A stretch of DNA of 64,000 nt from Trypanosoma brucei (lineage: Eukaryota), in assembly GCA_000002445.1 (NCBI GenBank), contig CP000069.1, forward strand, positions 1,216,001 to 1,280,000. Direction: 5' to 3'. The notes beneath the pieces were generated by a model, which was given only the letters and a program-made list of their open reading frames with translations, had not been told where the DNA came from and ran no database searches. Shown piece after piece: positions 46,989 through 56,858 of the stretch (positions are counted from its first letter, which is position 1; the number at the start of each line of letters is the position of its first letter). The translations under genes were made by a program, and so were the position numbers.

Positions 46989-47600
46989 TCATTTAACTGC
47001 CTTGGAGCGACGAATTAAGAGGTCCACTTGGCTCTGCTCCATACGGTACACAACAAGAGGAAACAAGGCGGGAACAAGACATAGGAAGGCGTAGACCGCC
47101 GCCTCCCGCACATAGCTCTTGTATAAGCGGTCATAGAACTCGCGGGTAACCACGGACACAATACCACGGAAATTTGTATCGTCGTAATCCTCTCCGTAGA
47201 AATATGCCGTACCTTCGCGGATGATGTTACTGTATGCTTTTTCTGTCTTCTTCCCTCCTCTCTCCAGGGAGTATAACACCTCCGTCACCCCAACGTGATA
47301 ACCACCAAGAGCCTTGGTGACAATGGTGTACTTAAGTTCGGCTGACTCACCGAAAGCAAGCGAATCCACCTGCTTCGTGCGCGTAGTACCGTCAGGTAGC
47401 AAGTCAGTAATGGTAATATCAAAGGCAGGGCTTTGACCGTAGTTGTAGACAGTCACAGTGAATTCGACGTTGTTGCCCACCACCACGTGGTCATCCGAGA
47501 TCATTTTCGAGACGAAAAGAAGCGGCTGGGGATCCGGCTGAGCCAGTGACCCGACGGCAGCAGCGGCCAAAAGAAGCGGGATGACATAGAGGAGCCGCAT
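46989..47600 (-). CDS. translocon-associated protein subunit beta (TRAP-beta/SSR2)-like
   Basis: N-terminal signal peptide (MRLLYVIPLLLAAAAVGSLA). The luminal segment LLFVSKMISDDHVVVGNNVEFTVTVYNYGQSPAFDITITD parallels human SSR2 [39 protein letters not shown]. There is a C-terminal TM helix (AAVYAFLCLVPALFPLVVY) and a short basic tail. Confidence 0.6.
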   Translation of the reverse strand: MRLLYVIPLLLAAAAVGSLAQPDPQPLLFVSKMISDDHVVVGNNVEFTVTVYNYGQSPAFDITITDLLPDGTTRTKQVDSLAFGESAELKYTIVTKALGGYHVGVTEVLYSLERGGKKTEKAYSNIIREGTAYFYGEDYDDTNFRGIVSVVTREFYDRLYKSYVREAAVYAFLCLVPALFPLVVYRMEQSQVDLLIRRSKAVK

Positions 47601-48147
47601 ATCTTCCCCTCGGCTTCCTTATGGCCTGTTTTTTTCTTTCTTCGTTCCCCTGTTATCAGTGTTCTTGGTGTATTTTTAACTTTGCGGCTTATACTTTTCT
47701 CACACTTTTACTTATTTTAATTACGGGTGGCTTTCCCTTGTCACCCCTTTGACTGCTAGCGTGATCCCTTTCGACCATTTTAGGGAGGTAGGAACGAAGG
47801 AAAAAATGGTGGAAAAAATAGTGCAACACACCAGAGGGTTCGCACGAATCAGAAGATGCGCTGTTGTTGCTCAAAGTCAGAAAGACGAAACGATGGTGCC
47901 TTCACACTACAAGTTGCCACGACGAAGCTCTCCACACTACAGTTCTGTCAATGTGCTCACCGTATTTGTGCGCGCGTGCAGCGTCTGTTAATGCATATAC
48001 ATACATATGTATATGACAAAAGATGAACCCGCAGGAAACATTTCACAGAAAATTTGGAGATACTAACAAAAAGGAACCCCCAGCTGTACAACCTCCCCAA
48101 GGGAGTTGGGGGAGGGGGAAAATATGGCGGGACCCCACCATACGCGG

Positions 48148-49125
48148 TCACAACTTGAGTGCTTCCAACCTTTCGACTGTAACACGGTGGAGTGGTATGC
48201 GATTTTCCTCCAATCGCTTGCAAACTTTCTCCGTCCCATGAATCTTCCCCATGTGTTCAAACACCTCACGCGCTGGTTGAGATACCTGGCCAATGTCAAC
48301 GAGGTGGTCCATTCCTCTTCCAACGTACTCCCAGTCGCCAACCTCCACAGCGTGGGCTAAAAGCGGCGCAACAACATCAGCATCACCAAGCACACATGCG
48401 TTCTCCAGGTGCTCAGACAGATGCTGCAGGCTACAACCACCACGAAGAATATGCGTCAAAGCAAGATCGAACGGTACCGAATTCTTCGGGCACGCGGATA
48501 TGAGCATCAGAGCCTTTTCCCAATCGAGTTCTTCGATCAGTGGCCACAGGGTAACGACATCGCTTCGGGTGATACGAACGTTTCGCAACAGCTCCACAGC
48601 AACATCCCATCGCTTGTGCGCCAAAGCAACATGAACCAAATTACACCGCGTAACGGTTGCAAACGGAAAGCTATCCACAAGTTTTTCCTCCCAATCTTCA
48701 CCGGCGGCTTTCAATAGCACGGCGCACGCCTCAGCCGTTGATATCTGTTGTGAAACACTGGAAAGTCGGGCTCCCATCAGTGCAGCACTGATGGTTTTGG
48801 AATCACCTTTGTTAAGTGCTTCCCAAAATACACTCCACTCCACTTCATCCGGTGCCTTTCTCTGTAAAATCGCGGAGAGACGTATCTTTTCATTAAAGCG
48901 GCTTTTCACGTCGTCTACACGCACGCCGGTTGCGTGCATCACGGCTTTCAACAAATCAAATGTATCCACGGGAGGTGCATGATAAGGATGACGCTGATAC
49001 GCATGCAAAGCCTTCATCCAATCGCCAGTTTCGAGTGATGTGTGGAACTGCTGTGGCAGGGGCACTGCCTTCCACACCTTTTCAGTTGATTGTCTCTTCG
49101 AAAGCAGACGAATTGATGTGTTCAT
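48148..49125 (-). CDS. hypothetical helical protein (325 aa), N-terminus presequence-like
   Basis: Uninterrupted minus-strand ORF with a sensible spacer to its neighbours. The N-terminus is basic/hydroxylated (MNTSIRLLSKRQ). No family recognised. Confidence 0.5.
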   Translation of the reverse strand: MNTSIRLLSKRQSTEKVWKAVPLPQQFHTSLETGDWMKALHAYQRHPYHAPPVDTFDLLKAVMHATGVRVDDVKSRFNEKIRLSAILQRKAPDEVEWSVFWEALNKGDSKTISAALMGARLSSVSQQISTAEACAVLLKAAGEDWEEKLVDSFPFATVTRCNLVHVALAHKRWDVAVELLRNVRITRSDVVTLWPLIEELDWEKALMLISACPKNSVPFDLALTHILRGGCSLQHLSEHLENACVLGDADVVAPLLAHAVEVGDWEYVGRGMDHLVDIGQVSQPAREVFEHMGKIHGTEKVCKRLEENRIPLHRVTVERLEALKL

Positions 49126-49515
49126 CGATTCTTACCGCATAAGCTAAATAACACGCGCAAGGAAGCATACAAAGGGACCCGATACCACCGAACGAGGAGC
49201 GTGATACACGAAAAGACGAGAAAACAACATAACGTAGCCAAAACACAACAAAACACGTGAAAATAACATTATATGATGACAAAAAAAACAACGAAGATGC
49301 TACGGCACCACTTCTACTTATGATAACACTCCAACACACACAAACGCAACAAGCTTTGTGGCGCCTCCGCGCGATATAAGTGATGCAGTAAAACATAAAT
49401 TATACATGGAAGGTCGAAAACTGACAAAAGTAGGAAGAATAACACAGCCTGTCACAACAGGCACTTCAAGAGAGGAAATTACAACAAAACGAAGCCTCTA
49501 AACAGCATGGGCGCT

Positions 49516-50838
49516 CTATTTCGTAATCCCAAATTTCTTCTTTTCATCCACAGTCAGCAAACGGGCCGGAACATGTTGACCTAGGGTTGGCACATACTCC
49601 TCAAGAAGTTGTGCACGGGCTCGTCGAATATACTCTTGAAGTTCTTCGGCTCTCTTTCTCTCCCGTTCCTCCACCTCAGCAGCCAGGCGCTGTTCCTCAC
49701 GCTTGAGTTCCTGAAACTTTTCCAACCTTCGCTCCGTCTCTAATATTTTTTGCTTCTTGATTTCTATCTGCCGCTCCCGCTCCAGACGCTTCGCCTTCGC
49801 CTGCTGAGCAAGGTCCTCGACGGCCTTCTGACGCATCATGGCCTCCTCCTGACGTTCCAGGTCCCTCGCTTTAATTCGATCCTGAATAAGGTTCCAGTTT
49901 TCTTGCTTTACTGCGTCAGCTAATTTCTCACTCCTCTCTTTAGCATCTGCTAAAGCCTGTCTCTCTCGCGATATGCGCTCAGCCTCATAATAGTCGCTCA
50001 GAAGGCTTTCCAGCTCCTCACGCTTCAACCGCTCCTCCATGATCTTTTTGCTTTGCTCCTCGAGGATTCGGGCCTTGACGGCTTCTTTCTCACGAAGCAG
50101 CTTTTCATCCGTCTCCCTGCGACGACCTTTCTCAGCCAGGTATGCCTCAATAGCCTCGTCCTCGCGCTGCTGGCGTAGTCGCTCATTTTCCTTAATTTCC
50201 TTCCGCAGCCTGTAGAACTCATCCTGCTCCGCCTGGAGTTGCCGCTGCTTCTCACGCCGCTCCAAAGCTTCAAGGAACTCCTTCTCCTGCAGACGCGCAG
50301 CGACAGCGTCGACAGCAAAGCGCTCTTGCCGGCTTTGTTCAGCATCACGCTCAGCTTGCGCCCTTCGCTCCTCGATCAGCTTGAGTTGAGCCGCTTGGTG
50401 CTCATTAAATGCTTGAATTGCTTTCCTTCTTTTTTCTTCCTCTTCTGCCTTCTCCTTTGCTTCCTTTTCGGCCAAGTAGGCGTTGTACTCTCGCTCTTCC
50501 TGTAAACGTTCTTCGCGGCGCTTGCAGCACTCATCAACCTGATCTGACCGGTCCACCTTCATGCGGGCGTGTTTCAGTTGCGCTTCTAGGTTCCGCAACT
50601 CCGGAAGGTCGCGAACGAACTGTAGCATCTTCGCATCCTTCAACTCCAGGCGCTGTCGTTCCGCCAATTCCTTTGCAAGCGCCTCGTCGCGGGCTGCGGC
50701 ACTTATCTTTCTCTCGCGCATCGCCTGAAATTCCGCCTCTTCCCGCTCCCGCGCGAGCTCTGCCTGAACAGCTTTGTAGCGATTCACACGGCGAAGCCGC
50801 TCAACACGGGCATCTCCAGCGTCCATAGTAATGTTCAC
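49516..50838 (-). CDS. E/R/K-rich coiled-coil protein, MNS1/trichoplein (TPH-domain)-like; likely axonemal/flagellar
   Basis: About 440 aa of almost continuous heptad coiled coil with repeated ERxxxE/LEEQ blocks. Its composition and length resemble MNS1-family ciliary proteins. Assigned by resemblance only. Confidence 0.5.
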   Translation of the reverse strand: MNITMDAGDARVERLRRVNRYKAVQAELAREREEAEFQAMRERKISAAARDEALAKELAERQRLELKDAKMLQFVRDLPELRNLEAQLKHARMKVDRSDQVDECCKRREERLQEEREYNAYLAEKEAKEKAEEEEKRRKAIQAFNEHQAAQLKLIEERRAQAERDAEQSRQERFAVDAVAARLQEKEFLEALERREKQRQLQAEQDEFYRLRKEIKENERLRQQREDEAIEAYLAEKGRRRETDEKLLREKEAVKARILEEQSKKIMEERLKREELESLLSDYYEAERISRERQALADAKERSEKLADAVKQENWNLIQDRIKARDLERQEEAMMRQKAVEDLAQQAKAKRLERERQIEIKKQKILETERRLEKFQELKREEQRLAAEVEERERKRAEELQEYIRRARAQLLEEYVPTLGQHVPARLLTVDEKKKFGITK

Positions 50839-52107
50839 AAACTAAGAAAGCACTACAATTGTGCGCAACCGAATACGGAAGATGAAATAGCGAAATTCTT
50901 GTCACATTCGGTGGCACGTAGTGGAAGCAACAGGGCAAGAATGAGACATTCACGTCAGTGCGTAGGCGAAGTGAAAAATCGAAAAGGGACCAGCGAAGGG
51001 AGAACGCAGGTAAAGCCTGCGAAAAAAAAAAACGATGATTGCCAATGGACACCCAGCAATAGACTGCCAACGCGTGCGCCCGTAAGGGATATCCGTGAAC
51101 CCGGTGAAGTAAACGAGACAGAAACAACCCGTGTCCACGGCGATATGCATAACGTTAAGGAGTCACGTCCAAACCGCAGCTGCCTCCTTTTTATTTTTTT
51201 CTTTTCCTACCTTCTCTCGCCCGCCAGACTTTGCTCAGGCGTTTGACCTTTTCGGGAATGGGCGGGGAGGTACATCACAACCTCCGGGTAAATGTCAGCA
51301 CTCCCACAGCAAAGAATTTTGAGTGAACGGTTAAGAGGGAAAAAATACGTAACGCGTCACGAATGAGTGTTAAGCAGAAAGGGGTGAAAAAATGAGGGTA
51401 ATGCTTGCTTAAAACGTGAAGAGAAACGATACCGATACGCCAATTTTAAGACGAAAATCGAAGAGAGTCATGAAAGAAATTTGACAAAATAATGCTGACC
51501 ACAATCATAATGATGTGTATATGGGCTTACACTTCACTTGTTCGCGCTTCACGTAGCATCTCTTGTGCTTCAGTTGCAGAGAATGGACAGAGAAGCCACG
51601 AAAAAAAAAACTCTATATGTGATGTCGCTGCAGCGTTTTGCTCATCATTTTCCACCCTCATGATTGGGACTGGAAACTGTCGTTCAAAGAAGGGTGCGAA
51701 GGTGTGGACAGATTCAAGGCGCCATCTTAAATGCTGGGCAGTGCCCACAACAATCAATCCTTGCAAATATCCACGCCCAACAGATTCACAGTAATGTGCA
51801 CGTCTGCGCACGCTTCCCGATACGCTGGTGGCACACGGCCCCGCAGTGCCCTCTAGAATACTCATGAAATAAAAACTCTTTTCCTCATTGCCAGCACTCA
51901 GCACTTCCATGAGAAAAATTCCCGCCACACATCCCTCCCCTAAATGTTGCCCCACCACCAAAAACAAAAACATTAACGAAAATGATACAACTAAGGCATC
52001 TAACACGATACAGATAGTGGGTATGTGCTCGAAATGCCAGGGGCCATTCTCACTACAGTAACGCACGGTAAGCGCATGGCGAACCGTTGTTACCACACCA
52101 CAACCTC

Positions 52108-52569
52108 CTAATACGAATGCAACCGCCCCTCGCCTGCTGGACCGCTACTGTCATTCCAGCGCGCTCCCTCAAAGATTTCTCTGTCAGATGGGGGCGGGGG
52201 GACATCTGTCCGAGGATAGTTCTCGTCAAACCCCTCCAGTGGGATGTATGAGGGGTCGCGACCCAGCGCAGCTGCTTGGGCGTACTCGCGCCCAACTTTG
52301 CGGCCATATTCTGAAATGCAAGGACTCCTCACGTGATATAATACCACCAGAGGTGTATTCCTGGATGCGCAATAGTGATGATGCAGCGCGGCGATCGCAG
52401 AGTCCGCATCGTCCACGGCGTTGTACATCACCTCCGCAAACTGCACCGATCCCTCAAACACAATCTTGACATCAGCAACGTGACCGTAAGCCGAGAACAG
52501 GCGTTCTACATACTGCGCGTTCGCTACTGTGGGTAAATTTGCCACGAACAACAGAGCAGAAGAGGACAT
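52108..52569 (-). CDS. small single-RRM RNA-binding protein (153 aa)
   Basis: Start re-set to MSSSALLFVANLP (ATG 52567-52569). RNP2 is LFVANL, and an RNP1-like segment (VKIVFEGSVQFAEV) is followed by a P-rich tail. Confidence 0.55.
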   Translation of the reverse strand: MSSSALLFVANLPTVANAQYVERLFSAYGHVADVKIVFEGSVQFAEVMYNAVDDADSAIAALHHHYCASRNTPLVVLYHVRSPCISEYGRKVGREYAQAAALGRDPSYIPLEGFDENYPRTDVPPPPSDREIFEGARWNDSSGPAGEGRLHSY

Positions 52570-54201
52570 ATGCAAAACTTCCGTCACAACGTCTTCGAAT
52601 CCCCAACACGTTTGCGTACAGTCCCTCACTTTTCCTCCTCTCTGGGTGCTGCGTCTTCGGTAAAAATTTAAACGAGAAAGGAAAATAGAAGGGCATGCAC
52701 CCCCACCATAACGGTACAAGTACGCACAACCGCATCGACTCTGCGCGAGCAACCTTTGCGGCAGAACACAATTCCCAAACGCACACCGAGGCGAACATAT
52801 ACAGAAAAGTTAAACTTAGCCACTCCAACAAAAATAAAAATACCTTTCCCCTTACATGCAGAAGGTTACTAGGACTGTTGTGCGGTGAGACATACACCAG
52901 ACCACGCAACGAGTAAACGTACATGTGCATGCATACCGCACTGCCAAACTGGACAAAGAGGGAAGAAGGCAAACCAACCACGCCTACAATCCGCCTGCTG
53001 GGCTTCTACACCCTGTGCTTTGCCAAACACATGCACACGGGAAGATACACAAAGGAGGTTCCAACAGAAAAAAAAAAAAGTAACATGTTTGCTGCGCCAC
53101 TCCCACCTCCCGTTAACATCGGAGTGGTTTGGGCCCGAAGCAAGCCATTTTCATTTGAAAAGGCGTCCCAACTACGTGCATCGCTTGTTCACACGCTATT
53201 GTAATGAATGTGCATCTTGCTTGGGCAGCTCGGTTGTGGTGAAAAAACAGCACAAACGCAGCGTTCAATAAAAAAGGCTGCAGCACCGCACGGTGTTGCG
53301 AAGCGACAACCAGATGCCGTAACACAAAGCACGTCACAATCCTGCGCCCACAGCACATTTATGAAGTCGGGCCGAGTCCGCGGTGGCGTGTTACCCGCAG
53401 CCTCCCCTTCAAATTGAGACGCTGCTTCGCTTTCATTGTTGTATCTTATGAATTCTGCAGATTTCCCTGGTTGGTCACCTTGGGGTAGGTGTTCTATTCC
53501 TTATCACCCACTGCCAGCATACATAGTTCGTGTAAAGCCTACATCGCTTCAATGACATCTTCATTCACCACATGTCGAGCCGCTACCTTCACTGCACAGC
53601 CGTGACACAAAGAGCGGTGGCGCCTATCGAAAACAAAGTCACACTGTACAACCAACCTTCCCTTTTACTACGATAATAAACACCCCCTTCTGCTACTCCA
53701 ATGGTACCACCACCCTGACTGGAAAGGTCCTCAGTTTAAGTTGAAATATTCGCTGCCGCGTACATGCGAACACGAGTCAGGGCAAACGGGTAACCTCAAC
53801 ACAAGGCGCGAACCCCCGTTTAGCGTCAGCTTGTACAGAGAAAATCAAGCAGCACGACCACATTAAGGAACGGGAATAATCCCCAGAAATACGGGCGCGC
53901 CGGCCCTCTTGCCCTCTTTCGGAGCGATGCTAAAGGGTCGAAATCGGCACACCCATAGGTAATACGATAATGAACACGCACACCCGAACACTCAAGAAGG
54001 AGGAAAGAGGTGCAGATGACCAGCACCTACACCGTACATGCACTACCCGCTTACACGAGCACTGAAACTCCGATCAGCCACCGCCACTTAATCACAGCAA
54101 TAACGTAAGCGCATACTCCTCCCCTTGTGCAACCCACAAGGACAACGCACATTGCCCTCTCCACCACACTCTACTTCATACTGGTTTCATTTTTATCCGC
54201 A

Positions 54202-55527
54202 TTACTTCCTACGATTCAACCGCATGTGGGCACTTAGGAGGTGCCCTGCAGCCAACCCTGACATGAGCGACAGTTCCGCAGAAAGAACACCAGCCGCAAC
54301 AAGACGTGAGAGAAGCTGCGCGTTGGCCCCTGGTGCTTCCTTGTTCGACCCAGCACACCCGATCATATCTAAGCACCCACTCTGGGCTGGTAGACCCGTG
54401 CCACCACCAACTGTTCCCACCTCAATGCTGGGCATTGCGACCGAAATGAGCAGATCGTTCCCAACTTTAGACATTGTGGTGATGCAGGTGGAGGATTCCA
54501 CCACCTGCGCTGGGTCCTGCCCCGTCGCAATGAAAATTGCTGCAACAACATTGGCAGCTTGTGCATTAAAGCCACCAACAGAACCGGCAACAGCTGAGCC
54601 AACGAGGTTTTTGTCGATATTTAGTGACACAAGATCCTCAACGGTGCACTTTAATGTGCGCTCAACCAACTCGCCCCTTACGAGCGCCTCGGCAACGACA
54701 GTTTTTCCTCTCCCCTCAATCCAGTTCACTGCGGAGGGTTTCTTGTCAGTGCAGTAGTTCCCCGACAACGCAATAACCTTCATCGACGGAAAGTTTTGCT
54801 TTATTAACTCCAATGCCTTGTCGACACCTTTGGTTATCATGTTCATCCCCATCGCATCTCCGGTGGTCGCGCGGAACCGAATATAGGCTTTGCGACCGAT
54901 GATGACGCACTTGAGCGACTGCAACTTCCCAAATCGCGTCGTGCTCTCGAAAGCTGCTTTGATTTCAGTGAAATTTTCTACACAAAAATTATGAAGCCTT
55001 CCCGCCTCTTCCAAAGACTCAACCTCCACTACTGGAGCACGTGACATGCCCTCGCCCAAGATCAGTGTCTTACAGCCCCCACTTTGGGATATAGCTCGTG
55101 CGCCTCGATGTGTGCTGGCAACCAGGGCACCTTCTGTCGTGGCCATGGGAATGGGGTATTCACAGCCATCCATTATTATTGGCCCAGCCATACCAAGAGG
55201 AATAGGAACGTAACCCACAATATTTTCACAGTTCTGACCAACCACTCGATCCCATTCGTAGTTTTCAAATGGTATACGCTCCAAGCTTTTCCTCTTCACC
55301 TCCGCACTTTGGGAGGATGCCACATAGTCGGACACCACCTCACGACGCACAGCGATAGCGCGCTGGTAGTCGGGCTCCAGAGCCTGCTCTAACCCATAAA
55401 AGGTTAATTGACGACTGCTTACGGCTTTAACAAGCTCGGCATTGCTCATTGCGCCCCAACCCGTTTTGCCTGTCCCACAAGCACATGAGAGAGTCCTACG
55501 AAGCATTGCTAGTGCTTTTGACGACAA
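54202..55527 (-). CDS. HMGR: 3-hydroxy-3-methylglutaryl-CoA reductase, soluble form lacking the N-terminal membrane domain (441 aa)
   Basis: Class I HMGR catalytic-domain motifs are present: EGALVAST, DAMGMNM, GTVGGGT, and the His-containing LMSGLAAGHLLSAHM. There is no polytopic N-terminal region, only a short N-terminal presequence-like segment. Confidence 0.92.
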   Translation of the reverse strand: MSSKALAMLRRTLSCACGTGKTGWGAMSNAELVKAVSSRQLTFYGLEQALEPDYQRAIAVRREVVSDYVASSQSAEVKRKSLERIPFENYEWDRVVGQNCENIVGYVPIPLGMAGPIIMDGCEYPIPMATTEGALVASTHRGARAISQSGGCKTLILGEGMSRAPVVEVESLEEAGRLHNFCVENFTEIKAAFESTTRFGKLQSLKCVIIGRKAYIRFRATTGDAMGMNMITKGVDKALELIKQNFPSMKVIALSGNYCTDKKPSAVNWIEGRGKTVVAEALVRGELVERTLKCTVEDLVSLNIDKNLVGSAVAGSVGGFNAQAANVVAAIFIATGQDPAQVVESSTCITTMSKVGNDLLISVAMPSIEVGTVGGGTGLPAQSGCLDMIGCAGSNKEAPGANAQLLSRLVAAGVLSAELSLMSGLAAGHLLSAHMRLNRRK

Positions 55528-56858
55528 AATGCTTGGTAGCTAAAAAAAAAAAAAAATCTGCAAAAGTGGGGAACTAAAAAGTGAACAAGGGATATCAGAA
55601 TGAAAAAGTGAGCCTGTTATTCACTTTTTCCGGAGGAGCCTTCCCACCCACACACCCTCCAAAAAAAAAAACGGAACAAAACAGTTAGACTTTTACCACT
55701 CCCACGGAGGATAACCAATCCTCCCGACCGTGGACTTAAGGAACACGAAACAACACGTCAGGAAACCAGTGAACCGAACACTGGCAGTACCTTATGCGCA
55801 GTTATGAGCCTAGTGGCTGACCGTAAGGCACTAATGTGTACCTACGTACGTATATCGGTGCTAACGGGTTGCTCTGTCATCACCTGTTTGTAGGCCGGTC
55901 TGAAGCGCATCGAGCAAATAGTTGGAAGAAGACACGCCTAATCGAAGGGTCGCTACTCGTGACGTCCCCATCACCCATGACTAATGAAGTCTCTGCTTAA
56001 AGGAGTAAATTGTGGAAAACATAAACAGCTAGAGGTGGAAAAAAAAAATCTTGCTCTACGGCATGAAGAACAGAAACCCTTTTCGGCAGTGGCCAACGCT
56101 AATACAGTAGACAACAGAAAAAGTGGATTCAAGAGCAAATTATTGACAATGTTCGACCCTCTCCTCCCCTCATGCACCGCAAGCACATTACCCGGTTCAA
56201 GTATAAGCAGGCATCCTCATGTTACTGCTTCGCTCGGCTGCAAACCGAGTTAGGTCTGCCACGAACGATCGTGGAGCCAGTCGGTGAGAACATTGCCTTG
56301 GCGCCACTGCTTCTAGCAACTTGTGAATCGTCGGTTGATTCATTGAATTTCAAACCGTCGGGAAACAGCCACCCACCGTGAAACCGTAGGATTAAAGGAA
56401 CGTGCATAACGTTGTTGAAACTAAAATAAAAAGCACCTGCTTCCTGACGCAGACATCGTATTTCTCCCTTTGATATTCCTGTAGCGAACCAATCGATCCA
56501 GAGGGGCTTACAAAACAGAAGCCACAGAACACCCAAGACCAGGTAAGGCGTGTCGTGCAGCCCAAGCTGCACCGAAATAAAGATTACCTGATATATTTGG
56601 GATGTTGTAACCACTTCGGTAAATCCCGAGAAATTAATTCTGTACCGCTCCAAACACTACCGATGGGGCAGCAATGGTAAAAAGCCGAGCGTAAGCACAA
56701 CATCGAGAAACATCACCCCCTATGAAGCAAGTATTTGTGGCGGAACACCCCAAATGGCCACAGCATTACTTGCCTTGCCACATGCACATGACTAGAACAA
56801 CAGTTACTGGGTTGGGAAACGTTTGTTTCCACTCAACCTTTCATTTGCAAACCATTAT

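Noticed and set aside
51527-52096. A 189-aa minus-strand ORF.
   Set aside because: It would start 12 bp downstream of the RRM gene's stop codon, which leaves no room for polyadenylation and trans-splicing signals. The sequence has no recognisable motif, so it is probably intergenic.
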